28,392 nucleotides of DNA, taken from a virus (taxonomy: Duplodnaviria > Caudoviricetes). Of this stretch, positions 7,909 through 17,699 are shown in pieces. Under the pieces are notes generated by a model. The model was not told the origin of the DNA. It saw only the letters and a list, made by a program, of their open reading frames with translations, and searched no databases. The stretch covers positions 1 to 28,392 of IMG/VR virus record IMGVR_UViG_3300037041_000591; one strand, 5' to 3'. The position numbers were made by a program, and so were the translations under genes. Numbering within the stretch: the first letter of the stretch is position 1; each line of letters begins with the position of its first letter.

Positions 7909-8717
7909 CGACACTATCTCCGGCGGATCAAACTTGGTACTCGATACATCGTCCGATTTTATTCGGGGCCGATACTCCGTTTTATCCGCAAGGATATACG
8001 CAAGTTTTACCGGACGTCGACGGGTTCGCCGTATTCACTCGCGCGAATTTTAACCCTTATCCGTTTGCAACGTTCTCGAAATTGTTTTACGTTGACGCGG
8101 GGCCGTATCAAGGATTTCATAACGTAATTAGTTACGACGCCTTTACGGAGGAAATATTTACGGACTCGCTTTATACCGTTGCCGATCCAATTTTTCCGGC
8201 GATACAAAGAGCGTTTAACCAAGTCGTCCCGTTTGGGTATCGAGTTTATTACGGATTTCCAACTCAATTAAACTATATTGATATTCGCGCGTTTCATAAA
8301 TTCGACGGAACCGCGTTCGTTGATATTGGATCGATATTAAAAAACGTCGTACAAGTTGCGCCGCCGATCCAAGGTTTCGACTTAAATATGTTTACTTATT
8401 TTCGGATCGATTATATCCCTCTAGGAGAGTTTAAGAATTTACTCGACTCTTTATTTTTATCGATCGATACGTTTACTGGTTGGAACTATCTCGCTCAAAT
8501 TTATTACGGATTAAACTCGTCGATCAATCATTCGGAATTACAAAGTTTAATCGCCGCAAACGATTGGATCGCGGAGGCCGATCCGGTATTCTCGGCGACT
8601 TGTTGTAACGTATTGACAAAAATTATAAACGTTCAAGCCTATAATTATTTTGTTTGTCCGCAAGGCTCCGGCGGTATCGGACAAATGGAAATCGAAAATA
8701 CTTTAATCGTAAATTAA
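7905..8717 (+). CDS. Putative tail structural protein
   Basis: 270-aa aromatic/beta-rich ORF coupled to both neighbours in the tail operon. Confidence 0.55.
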   Translation: MTTLSPADQTWYSIHRPILFGADTPFYPQGYTQVLPDVDGFAVFTRANFNPYPFATFSKLFYVDAGPYQGFHNVISYDAFTEEIFTDSLYTVADPIFPAIQRAFNQVVPFGYRVYYGFPTQLNYIDIRAFHKFDGTAFVDIGSILKNVVQVAPPIQGFDLNMFTYFRIDYIPLGEFKNLLDSLFLSIDTFTGWNYLAQIYYGLNSSINHSELQSLIAANDWIAEADPVFSATCCNVLTKIINVQAYNYFVCPQGSGGIGQMEIENTLIVN

Positions 8718-9580
8718 TGACGGCCTATACTATAAATCAATATCAAGCGAGAAATTATAATTATCCGGACGTTACTCTCGGCCTTTATATTACTCCCTTT
8801 CAAGATAATGTAAATCTAATTTATAACGGCGTCGATTATACTTTCGAGGTTGACGTTATCGTTACCGCCGGAGTTTATAACTTTGACGTTTACGACTCTT
8901 TAAATGTATTAATCGATACGATTATTTTAACCGTTACCGCCGTTATTCCGTCGATAACGTATAATAAATGTCTCGCGGAGAGTATTCCTCCGACGGCCTT
9001 GCCTCCGGCTCCCCTTGGCGTTTGGGAATTATCCGGAAACTATTATCCGGAATGGTTATTTTTGGCGTTTTCGGGTTACGCGGTCGCGACGGTTCCGGTT
9101 GTTGGTACGTTTTACGTTTTGTTTCAAGATAGTATCAAGCCGACTCAAGTTTATTTAATACAATTTATTTTCGATAGTTGCCTCGACGAGTACGATTTTT
9201 GCACTCCTCAAGATATTAACATCGTTTGGTTAAATCGCGCGGGAGGTTGGTCGTCTTATTGTTTCAAAGGAAAAAAAACGTATCAAGTACAAATCGGAAA
9301 CAAGTCGACATTTAAGGACGCGAACGGCCTTTTAAAATATTACAAAGTTGAGGACGTATTCGACGCGATCGCCGTTCTCTCGGGAGAAATTCCCGTCTCT
9401 CATTCTCCATTTATAAAGGGATTAAAATATTCGATCCAAGCGTTTATAAAATGGACGGGAGGTTTTATTCCGATATTGATCGAGGATAAAGATTTCGACC
9501 TTTATACCGACGGAGACGGATTAATGAGGTACAATATACAAGTAAAATACTCCTCGGAGAAATTAATTCAAACTCAATAA
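8717..9580 (+). CDS. Putative tail-tip / distal tail protein (start revised to ATG 8717)
   Basis: TAATG stop/start overlap at 8715-8719. C-terminal IVWLNRAGGWSSYCF motif resembles Bacteroidota phage tail proteins. Confidence 0.6.
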   Translation: MTAYTINQYQARNYNYPDVTLGLYITPFQDNVNLIYNGVDYTFEVDVIVTAGVYNFDVYDSLNVLIDTIILTVTAVIPSITYNKCLAESIPPTALPPAPLGVWELSGNYYPEWLFLAFSGYAVATVPVVGTFYVLFQDSIKPTQVYLIQFIFDSCLDEYDFCTPQDINIVWLNRAGGWSSYCFKGKKTYQVQIGNKSTFKDANGLLKYYKVEDVFDAIAVLSGEIPVSHSPFIKGLKYSIQAFIKWTGGFIPILIEDKDFDLYTDGDGLMRYNIQVKYSSEKLIQTQ

Positions 9581-9583
9581 ATT

Positions 9584-11557
9584 TTGACGGAGATTTATAT
9601 AAATACCGAACTCATTGAACTATACTCGGACGAAATTATCGTTATGAGTTACGCGGTTAATAATCTTTTCGAGATCGAGAACCGACAAGGATCGTACTCG
9701 AATACGTTTAAAATTCCGGCGACAAAAAAAAATAACTTGATCCTCGGATTTTCGAACAACGTTTTAAGTATTTCGGATTTACCTTATACGAAAATACCTT
9801 GTTTAATTTATACCGACGGACTTTTAGAAGTCGAGGGAATTGCGCAAATAATTACGGCGAGTCGGAGCGAATACGAAATCCGTATTTTATCGGGTAATTC
9901 GAATTGGTTTGAGTTGATCGCCGATAAAAGTATTCAATCGGCTTTATTCGGTTGCGCGTTCTCTCAATATTGGAACGTTTTAACCGTTTCCGCAAGTCGC
10001 GCGAATATTTGGACGGACGTTTTTATTTATCCGAATATTGATTACGGAGAATTATTTTTTTTACCGGCGGGGCCGTACGATATAACTTTCGATAAACTTT
10101 ATCCGGCGGTTTATGCAAAGTATTTATTTAAAAAAATATTCGAGGACGCCGGACTCTCGATCGAGTCCGATTGGTTTGAAAATGATCCATTATTCGAAAA
10201 ACAAATAATCCCTTTTTCCTCGGACTGGAAAAGAGATCGAGATTACTCAACTCGTAACCGTTGTAATTATACACTCGGAACGGACGTAATCCAAAACGCC
10301 GCCGGATTTATTCCGATTAACGTACATACAAACGTCGGACACGTTCTCGACTCGCCTTGTTTTAATTTCCGTCTCGGAGATACGATAACAATTCCGTCGA
10401 CTCCGTTTTTTTTAAATCCAATAAGACAAATCGCCGAAACTTTTTGCACTCTTGACGGAGCGATCGTAACGGTTAACTTTAATATAAACTACGAAACCGA
10501 TACTCTCGCAACTTGCGCCGGAACGACGACGCAAATAATTTGCGATTACGTTGATATTAACGGAAATACTCAACTATTTAATTTTTTTCCGGTCGTTTCC
10601 GGTTGTCAAGCGTTTACGAATGTAACCGGATCGATTACTTTAAACGACGTCGGACGAGGCGGACTTCGTATATCTATGCAACAATGTAAAATATACGCCG
10701 GATCGACTTTCGATTTTATTATCGAGCCGAGCGGACTCGACGAGGGCGATCTCGATATTAATACGGCCTTTAACTTTTTAACTCTCGGCGGAATTTTGCC
10801 GGATATTTCTCGGACTGATTTTATCCTTTCGATCGCAAATCAATACGGATTAATTTTCGAACAAACTCCGTTAACTAATAACGTTAAGATTTTTCAGTTT
10901 GGAAAAATTATCGGAAATATTCCGAACGCGATCGATTGGTCAAAAAAACTTGATCTCTCGGACGATCCGACGATCTCGTTTTTATCGGATAATTATTCGC
11001 GTAATAATTATTTTCAATACGCCGAGGACTCGGAGGACGCTTATCTTTTACGACAACCGAATTACGGACGCGGAAACTTTATCGTAAACGCGGACGCGAA
11101 CAATACGGAGCAAATAATTTTTCAGTCGGTATTCTCGGCGGTTATCCGGTTATTATCTTTTTCCGGATCGCTCGAACTCGCTTACATTCCCTCGAACGAG
11201 GGGACGGCGTTTACAATCGTTAACGGTCGTTTCGCTTACGTTAACTTTGACGCGTCGACGGCGATAACTATAAACGGACAACCGCTTTTAATTCCTCAAC
11301 CTAACGTATATTTTGAGGAGTTGATTTTTCAAAACTTACTCGATAAAAATTATCCCTTACTTACTCAAACGATCAACTCAAATAAGGCGGTTACTTGTTT
11401 AATACGTTTGAATAATCTCGACGTAAATCAACTCGATTTTAGTCGTCCGATTTGGATTGATTATTTCGGAGCCTATTTTTATTTAAACGAAATTTCTCAA
11501 TACAAGGTAAACGAAAAGGACTCGACTCAAATAACTTTAATAATAATACAAAACTAA
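9584..11557 (+). CDS. Putative baseplate hub / tail-tip protein
   Basis: 657 aa, TTG start. N-terminal ELY...RQGSYSNTFKIPATKKNN and C-terminal LDFSRPIWIDYFGAYFYLNEI patterns. Adjacent to the tape measure gene. Confidence 0.6.
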   Translation: MTEIYINTELIELYSDEIIVMSYAVNNLFEIENRQGSYSNTFKIPATKKNNLILGFSNNVLSISDLPYTKIPCLIYTDGLLEVEGIAQIITASRSEYEIRILSGNSNWFELIADKSIQSALFGCAFSQYWNVLTVSASRANIWTDVFIYPNIDYGELFFLPAGPYDITFDKLYPAVYAKYLFKKIFEDAGLSIESDWFENDPLFEKQIIPFSSDWKRDRDYSTRNRCNYTLGTDVIQNAAGFIPINVHTNVGHVLDSPCFNFRLGDTITIPSTPFFLNPIRQIAETFCTLDGAIVTVNFNINYETDTLATCAGTTTQIICDYVDINGNTQLFNFFPVVSGCQAFTNVTGSITLNDVGRGGLRISMQQCKIYAGSTFDFIIEPSGLDEGDLDINTAFNFLTLGGILPDISRTDFILSIANQYGLIFEQTPLTNNVKIFQFGKIIGNIPNAIDWSKKLDLSDDPTISFLSDNYSRNNYFQYAEDSEDAYLLRQPNYGRGNFIVNADANNTEQIIFQSVFSAVIRLLSFSGSLELAYIPSNEGTAFTIVNGRFAYVNFDASTAITINGQPLLIPQPNVYFEELIFQNLLDKNYPLLTQTINSNKAVTCLIRLNNLDVNQLDFSRPIWIDYFGAYFYLNEISQYKVNEKDSTQITLIIIQN

Positions 11558-14500
11558 TGGCGGACAATATAACAAAAGAGGTTTTACTCCGAGTTAAACT
11601 CGATCCGAGCGATCTCGAAAAGCAAGGCGACGCGTTGCAAAAATCACTCAATAAATTAAAGGAGGAAACGAAAAAACTCAACAAAGAGTTAAACGATAAA
11701 AATACTGGAGTCGAACGTCGAAAAGAAATCGAGGATCAACTCCTCGAACTAGGTCGTAAAACAAAAGAGTATTCGAAACAAATATCCGCGAATAATAAAG
11801 AGATCGAGTTTCAAACAAAACTATCGAACGCGCAAGAGGGATCGAACGAACAACTCCGTTTGCAACTTTCGGCGTTAACAAAAACTTATAATGGATTAAG
11901 TAAAGAGGCGAGAGAAAATTCGATCGAGGGGCAAACGTTACAAAAAACAATTAAAGGAATATCCGACACGTTAAAAGAAAACGAGTCCGCCGTCGGAGAT
12001 AATCGCCGGAACGTTGGTAATTATAAAGAGGCTCTCGAGGAAACTCTCGCTCCATTGCTAAAGCAACGGGAGGCGTTGGTCGCTCAATCGGAGGCGTTAA
12101 AACAAACCGGAGAGCAACAAAAGAAATTCGGTTTCGGAGCCGGAATAAAAACCCTCGACTCCGATATTAATGGATTTAACGCAAGTCTCGGAGAGACGAC
12201 CTCGTCGTTTGAGTCAATCGATAAACAAGTTATGTCGGTCGATCAATCAATCGCCGCGCTCGATCAAGAGATCGAGAGAACGCGGATCGGATTTCGTCAA
12301 AATACCGACGCCGGAAAAGAATACGAGAATACTCTCGACGGAATGACTCAAAAACTCGCCGATCTTAAAAAACTTGCGCCAACGCTTGACTTAAATTCCG
12401 AGGAGTACAAAAAAACAAACGACGCGATCCGCGAGACACAATTCGAAATCGATAAAGCAATCGGAAAGGTCGACGAGTTTGGAAACAAGGAGCCAAAAAA
12501 TCCGGCAAAAGAGGCAATGGACGACACGTTCGAAGCCGCAACCGCCTTAACGTCCTCGATCGGTTTGTTATCGATTGCGTTCGGAGAGAGCGAGGATATT
12601 CAAGAAGTACAAAAAAAGGCTTTACAAGCGGTCGCGATCGCTCAAACGGCGGCGAATATCGCAAAAAGCAAAGGCGCGATTATATCAACGATCGAACTTG
12701 TAAAAACAAAGGCGGCGACGGCGGCTCAAATCGTTTATACAACCGTTGTCGGAGCCTCGACCGGAGCGTTAAAGGCGTTTAAAATTGCACTGGCAACGAC
12801 CGGAGTCGGAGCGTTGGTCGTTGGACTTGGATTATTAATCGCGTACCTTGCAAGGAATAAAGACAAAACGGAGGAGTTGACGGAGGCTCAACAAGCGTTA
12901 AGGGATGCAACGGAAAAATTACGAGAGGAGGAGACAAAAGAATTAGTACAAGCGACAAAAATTTTCGGAGAGTTGCAAAAGTCGAACGCCGGATCGAAAC
13001 AACGTAAACAATTAATCGACCAAGTAAATTCGACCTACGGAACTACCTTAAAAAACTTATCGGACGAGGCCGCGTTTTTGGCGGCGGTCGCCAAGGCTCA
13101 AGAGGCGGTAATAAAAAACATACAAACGAAAATCGCGGCCCGTATCGTCGAGACAAAACTCGAGGCGGAGATTACCGATCTTTTACAAAAACAAGAGTTT
13201 TTAAACGAAAATCAAATCAAGAGGGCCGATTTACTTATTCAATTAAAAAAAGCAACTAATGACGAGGAGCGTAAAAGAATACAAGCGGAAATCGACTCGA
13301 TAAAAAACCAAGATAAATTAAAAAAGAATATCGACGGAGTTATCGGATCGTTGAATACTTACGGAAACGAACAAGATAAATTAACAAAGGTCGGAGAAAA
13401 CTTAAACGACGAGGCAATCCTCGGATATGTCGAGCAACGTTTTAGAGTTGACGAGTTAACTCAAGAATTAGTAAATTTACAAAGTCAAGTCGTAACGACC
13501 GGAGATAAAACAAAAAAGTCGACTCAAGATAACCTCGCCGCGATCCTTGCGTTTGAGAAAAAAGTTTTAAACGAAAGTATCGACAACCGGATCGAGGCCC
13601 TCGCGGATCAAGAGCAAAAGGAACAAGAGGCACTCGCGACAAATGTCGAGAGACAAAAAAATCAACTCGAGGAGGAGTTTAAAAATCTCAAGGCGGTAAC
13701 GGAAAAAGAAAAAACGGAAAAAGAAAACGCGAGGATAATTTTAAACGATCGACTCAATCAATTAACGGAGGATCAACTTTCGAAACAACTCGACATAAAT
13801 CAAAAGTATAGAGATTTAGAGGAGGCCGCAAGGATCGAGGCCGCTCAAAAAACGCTCGACCGACAATCGATCGCGTTAGAAAAAGCGAGACAAACTCGTC
13901 GACTTGATATTGAGGAAAATATAAAAGACGAGAGAGAGAAATCGATCGCGTTAATACAACTCGAAATCGATACGCAAAAAGAACTAATACGGATCGCGCA
14001 AGAGTCCGCCGAACTCGATTTGTTTATTACTCCCGAGGAGCAAGATAAAATCGACGACGCAAAAATAAAACTCCGAGAGTTGGAAATCCAACTCAAACAA
14101 ATAAACGAGAACCCGATCGCAATTATACCGGACGACTTCGAGAAAAAGTTTCAACAAGTCGCCGACATTATTTCCGACGTTTTCAAATCTCTCTCCGATG
14201 CAATTAACGCAAACTTCGCAAACGCAACGGCTGAGGTTGAAAAAAACGGAGCGGAACAAGTTAAAGTAATTGAAAAAACAACTTTAACCGAAAAGCAAAA
14301 ACAAAAACAAATCGAAAAGATAAACGACGAGACCGCGAGAAAAAAATATCAACTCGAGGTTGACGCGTTTAATTTTAATAAAGGAGTGCAAATAACTCAA
14401 GCGATTATCTCGACCGCGTCCGCCGTTATTGCGGCTCTTGCAAACCCCGTTCCGTTTGTCGGAGCCGTACTCGCCGGAGTTGCCGCCGCCACTGGAGCCG

Positions 14501-14925
14501 TACAAATCGGAATTATCGCAAGTCAACAACCGCCGCCGCCTCCGTTTTACGAGGGAGGATATACGGGAGACGGAAATCCTCGAGAGGAGTCTATCGCCTT
14601 GGGGCGTAAAAGTTACCAATACCACAAAGGCGAGTATGTCGTTCCGAATAAGATTTTAAAAACGGAAACCGGATCGGCTCTCGTTGCAACTCTCGAGCGA
14701 ATGAGATCGGGTAAAATATCGAGTTTGGGATTGTCGGGATTTGCCGACGGAGGATTTACGGCGAACGATATTCGGGCCGGAGTACAAGCGACAATCGCAA
14801 CCGACCGACTCGCCTCTCAAATATCGGACGCGATTTCGAACGTTCAAATAATTACAAGAGTTACCGACATAAATCGAGTAAATAAAAACCTCGCTCAAAA
14901 TAAGATCGCCGCAACGTTGCGATAA
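11557..14925 (+). CDS. Tail tape measure protein
   Basis: 1122 aa, long coiled coil, GDNRRNVGNY motif, Ala/Gly hydrophobic segments (ALATTGVGALVVGLGLLIAY), C-terminal FYEGGYTG...HKGEYVVP...FADGG. Confidence 0.9.
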   Translation: MADNITKEVLLRVKLDPSDLEKQGDALQKSLNKLKEETKKLNKELNDKNTGVERRKEIEDQLLELGRKTKEYSKQISANNKEIEFQTKLSNAQEGSNEQLRLQLSALTKTYNGLSKEARENSIEGQTLQKTIKGISDTLKENESAVGDNRRNVGNYKEALEETLAPLLKQREALVAQSEALKQTGEQQKKFGFGAGIKTLDSDINGFNASLGETTSSFESIDKQVMSVDQSIAALDQEIERTRIGFRQNTDAGKEYENTLDGMTQKLADLKKLAPTLDLNSEEYKKTNDAIRETQFEIDKAIGKVDEFGNKEPKNPAKEAMDDTFEAATALTSSIGLLSIAFGESEDIQEVQKKALQAVAIAQTAANIAKSKGAIISTIELVKTKAATAAQIVYTTVVGASTGALKAFKIALATTGVGALVVGLGLLIAYLARNKDKTEELTEAQQALRDATEKLREEETKELVQATKIFGELQKSNAGSKQRKQLIDQVNSTYGTTLKNLSDEAAFLAAVAKAQEAVIKNIQTKIAARIVETKLEAEITDLLQKQEFLNENQIKRADLLIQLKKATNDEERKRIQAEIDSIKNQDKLKKNIDGVIGSLNTYGNEQDKLTKVGENLNDEAILGYVEQRFRVDELTQELVNLQSQVVTTGDKTKKSTQDNLAAILAFEKKVLNESIDNRIEALADQEQKEQEALATNVERQKNQLEEEFKNLKAVTEKEKTEKENARIILNDRLNQLTEDQLSKQLDINQKYRDLEEAARIEAAQKTLDRQSIALEKARQTRRLDIEENIKDEREKSIALIQLEIDTQKELIRIAQESAELDLFITPEEQDKIDDAKIKLRELEIQLKQINENPIAIIPDDFEKKFQQVADIISDVFKSLSDAINANFANATAEVEKNGAEQVKVIEKTTLTEKQKQKQIEKINDETARKKYQLEVDAFNFNKGVQITQAIISTASAVIAALANPVPFVGAVLAGVAAATGAVQIGIIASQQPPPPPFYEGGYTGDGNPREESIALGRKSYQYHKGEYVVPNKILKTETGSALVATLERMRSGKISSLGLSGFADGGFTANDIRAGVQATIATDRLASQISDAISNVQIITRVTDINRVNKNLAQNKIAATLR

Positions 14926-14926
14926 T

Positions 14927-15085
14927 TCAATCGAGATTTATTTCTCCGTTGTTAAATTTGATCGCGAGTTTTCGGATCACTTTATCCGCCGATCTTTTGT
15001 TTCCGAAAAGTTGCTCACATTTTTTATTAAACTTTTCGTGTATCTCGGGAGAGACTCTCGTTTTTAAAGTTTTCGGTTTACTCAT
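14927..15085 (-). CDS. Ribbon-helix-helix DNA-binding protein, 52 aa (not in ORF track)
   Basis: Hand translation MSKPKTLKTRVSPEIHEKFNKKCEQLFGNKRSADKVIRKLAIKFNNGEINLD*. It shows an alternating beta strand (TLKTRV), helix A, a G..RS turn and helix B (VIRKLAIKF). A-rich leader, its own -7 box, and a stop 1 nt from the TMP stop. Confidence 0.75.
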   Translation of the reverse strand: MSKPKTLKTRVSPEIHEKFNKKCEQLFGNKRSADKVIRKLAIKFNNGEINLD

Positions 15086-15130
15086 TATTTTAGTTTTTTG
15101 GTACTTAATTATTTTAGTTTGGTACTTAAT
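15084..15130. repeat. Tandem imperfect repeat (candidate operator)
   Basis: ATTATTTTAGTTTTTTGGTACTTAAT followed by the overlapping ATTATTTTAGTTTGGTACTTAAT. GGTACT cores at 15100 and 15121, 21 nt apart (two helical turns). Confidence 0.8.
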
Positions 15131-15140
15131 AAATCAAGAT

Positions 15141-15148
15141 CAAATATA
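15141..15148 (-). promoter_or_regulatory. -7 box TATATTTG driving the RHH gene
   Basis: CAAATATA on + equals TATATTTG on -, 55 nt upstream of the RHH ATG. Confidence 0.65.
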
Positions 15149-15154
15149 ATGATT

Positions 15155-15167
15155 TTACTTTGTATTA
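15155..15167 (+). promoter_or_regulatory. Degenerate -7-like box of the head operon (TTACTTTG-TATTA)
   Basis: TTTGTATT immediately before the start codon, as at 5944-5951. One mismatch to TAnnTTTG. Confidence 0.45.
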
Positions 15168-16331
15168 ATGAAAGTCGCGAAATTTAAAATCTCGGGAAAT
15201 ATCGGAGAGCCTGATCCTTTCCTCGCCGCGTTCGGAGTAATTGACGACTCGACAAACGCGCAAATGATCGGAGACTTTATCGACGCCAATACGGACGCCG
15301 ATACTTTGGAAATCGAGATCGACTCGAACGGCGGATCGGTAACGACCGGATTTGCAATTCACGACAAGTTAATTAACTCCGGTAAAAAAATAATAACGAA
15401 AGGTTACAAAGTTAATTCAATCGCGACCGTTGTTTTTTTAGCGGGATCGGAGAGACTACTTTCAAAAAACGCGGAGTTTGTAATTCATAACCCTTGGATC
15501 GACGGTTCGAACTTGGGTAATATGCCATTAACCGCCGACGAACTCGACGCAATCGCGGAGGACGTTCGTAACTCGGAGGATAAAATTTTCAACTTTTACA
15601 AAGAGACTTTAAAATTAAACGACTCGGATCAATCGATCGTTAAAGATTTAATGTCCAAAGATACCGACCTCGGTTCTCAACGCGCGATCGATTTAGGTTT
15701 CGCAACCGGAACCCTCGAGCGTAAAAAAGCAAAGGCCGCTTATACCGAATTAGTATTTAATAAATATAAATCAAATAACGATAATAAAATGAATATCGAG
15801 GAGCAAAATAAAAAAATAAGTTTACTGGAAAAAGGAGTAAACGCGATCTTGAACTTATTAAAAACCGAAAAGAAAAACGCAACCGTTACGGCGGAGGACG
15901 GAGTTACTCTTTATTTTGAGGGCGACGTTTTGGAAGTTGGTTCGAAATTATTTATCGACGAGGAAATGATTACTCCGGCTCCGGACGGAGAACATACTCT
16001 CGATAGCGGAGAGGTTGTCGTTATTTTCGAGGGAACCGTTACGGAAATCCGTCCCGTTATGGTTGACGATAGCGCGAAAAAGATCGCCGATCTTGAGGCG
16101 GAAAATAAAAGATTATCGGACGAATTGGCCGCAAAGTCAAACGATACAAATAACGAAGTTATCCTCGAGGAGGTTAACAAACTTAAAACCGAAATCGCCA
16201 ATTATAAAAAAGCGGTCGCCGGAGATAAGAGAGCCGAAAAGAAAAATGAAAAGAAAACCGACGAGCCTTTAAAGCCTTGGCAAAAAAGAATTGAGTCGGA
16301 TAAAAGGATTAACGGAACGTTTGAAAAATAA
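15168..16331 (+). CDS. ClpP-like prohead protease with C-terminal scaffold region
   Basis: IDSNGGSV, NSIATVVFLAG (catalytic Ser) and FVIHNPW (His). Acidic APDGEHTL domain and coiled-coil tail. Upstream of the capsid gene. Confidence 0.85.
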   Translation: MKVAKFKISGNIGEPDPFLAAFGVIDDSTNAQMIGDFIDANTDADTLEIEIDSNGGSVTTGFAIHDKLINSGKKIITKGYKVNSIATVVFLAGSERLLSKNAEFVIHNPWIDGSNLGNMPLTADELDAIAEDVRNSEDKIFNFYKETLKLNDSDQSIVKDLMSKDTDLGSQRAIDLGFATGTLERKKAKAAYTELVFNKYKSNNDNKMNIEEQNKKISLLEKGVNAILNLLKTEKKNATVTAEDGVTLYFEGDVLEVGSKLFIDEEMITPAPDGEHTLDSGEVVVIFEGTVTEIRPVMVDDSAKKIADLEAENKRLSDELAAKSNDTNNEVILEEVNKLKTEIANYKKAVAGDKRAEKKNEKKTDEPLKPWQKRIESDKRINGTFEK

Positions 16332-16591
16332 TGAACGTTTATAAAATAATTGAGGGCCGAGAGTTGAGGCCCAACGGCCCAAAATCCTTGATTAAACCCG
16401 AGGATTTAACGGACGAACTCGCGGAGTTTTTTATTAAGAAAAATCCCGCTTTACTTGGAACGATTATCGAAAAGATCGCAACGGTAAAAAAAGAGCAACC
16501 GAAAAAAGAAATTAAAAAGGAAACGACTACTAAAAAGCCGCAACCGAAAAAAGTAATCACAACCAAAACGAGCAAAACAAAAAAAAAATAA
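16331..16591 (+). CDS. Small basic head-operon protein
   Basis: 86 aa, coupled to the protease stop. EDLTDELAE motif and Lys/Thr-rich tail. Confidence 0.7.
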   Translation: MNVYKIIEGRELRPNGPKSLIKPEDLTDELAEFFIKKNPALLGTIIEKIATVKKEQPKKEIKKETTTKKPQPKKVITTKTSKTKKK

Positions 16592-16618
16592 ATTTAGAAA
16601 TCAAATAACAATTAAAAA

Positions 16619-17617
16619 ATGCCATCAGGAATTAATTACTCACCAATAGAGTTTACCGGCCCCGCGTTCGAGGAGGTATTTATGGAGTTATTGTTTCAAA
16701 ACGAAACCGTTGCTCAAGAAAAAGTACGTTTAATAAACGGGATCAAAAACGAAACCGTTATTACGGAAATGGGTATTACCGTAAATTTACAGGCGTACGT
16801 TTGCGGCGTTCCAACTCCGAGCGGTTCATTCAATATGAACGACGCCCTTTTACGTCCTTGTAAATTAATGGCGTACGACGAATTTTGTCCCGACGATTTG
16901 AGATTTTCGCGTTTCGCGTCCTCAATGAGAGCGGGAGCGTGGGAAAACGTATCGGAGGAGTGGGTTCGTATTGTCCTTGAGACGTACGGCGTACAAATGT
17001 CGAGACAAATGGAGGAGGATTTTTGGAACGGAGCCTCCGCCGCCACAAAGGTAGCCGTTGCCGCGTTGTCAGTTGGCCCGAATTTAACCGCCGAGGAAAA
17101 GGCGTACGTTGCCGCCGCTCCGACAACTCTTTGCGACGGTATCGTTACATACTTGATATACAATAACGGAGCGGTTGGAACCTCGATCGACGTTGTAGGA
17201 ACAACTATCGACGCAACGAATATTTGGGACGAGTACAAGGCCGTTTATTCGGTTATTCCGGTGGTAATGTTAAAGCCGAGTAATATTGCAATGACTAAGA
17301 TTTTCGCGCCGGAGTCTCACGCGCAACTTATTCAGTTGTATAATACGGATCAAGCGTTCCGCGATAAGTTTTTAATTACTCCGAGCGGAGATTTTTATTT
17401 CTTAGGAGTAAAAATCGAGTTTGTTCCTTTGCCGGAGGACACAATGATCGCGGCCCGTTGGTCGGATATTTTACTCGGAACCGACTCGACGAGCGATTTC
17501 TCTTATTTGCAAATCGATAAGGTTGCAAATAACGCCGACACTCGTTTTATTAAGGGAGTATTTACTCAAGCCGGAGCGGTTGTTTCGCAATCTCAAAAAG
17601 TCCTTTACAAAGGATAA
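16619..17617 (+). CDS. Major capsid protein
   Basis: 332 aa after the protease/scaffold and followed by a strong terminator. EFCPDDL, FWNG and CDGI patterns resemble Bacteroidota phage HK97-fold capsids. Confidence 0.8.
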   Translation: MPSGINYSPIEFTGPAFEEVFMELLFQNETVAQEKVRLINGIKNETVITEMGITVNLQAYVCGVPTPSGSFNMNDALLRPCKLMAYDEFCPDDLRFSRFASSMRAGAWENVSEEWVRIVLETYGVQMSRQMEEDFWNGASAATKVAVAALSVGPNLTAEEKAYVAAAPTTLCDGIVTYLIYNNGAVGTSIDVVGTTIDATNIWDEYKAVYSVIPVVMLKPSNIAMTKIFAPESHAQLIQLYNTDQAFRDKFLITPSGDFYFLGVKIEFVPLPEDTMIAARWSDILLGTDSTSDFSYLQIDKVANNADTRFIKGVFTQAGAVVSQSQKVLYKG

Positions 17618-17624
17618 AAATATC

Positions 17625-17653
17625 GGAGCGTTCGAAAGGACGCTCCTCTTTTT
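17625..17653 (+). terminator. Intrinsic terminator after the capsid gene
   Basis: GGAGCGTTC-GAAA-GGACGCTCC followed by TCTTTTT. Confidence 0.85.
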
Positions 17654-17699
17654 CGTTCTCATTTATTCAATTTAGTTAAACAAAATAATTTTATATAAA

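Noticed and set aside
8654-8716. Upstream extension of the 8654-9580 ORF (likewise the 24786 and 25036 starts)
   Set aside because: Better ATG starts coupled to upstream stops or promoters exist at 8717, 24873 and 25111.
15084-15130. Repeat as a mini-CRISPR array or DGR template/variable repeat
   Set aside because: Only two abutting copies with no spacer, and no cas or reverse transcriptase gene in the genome.
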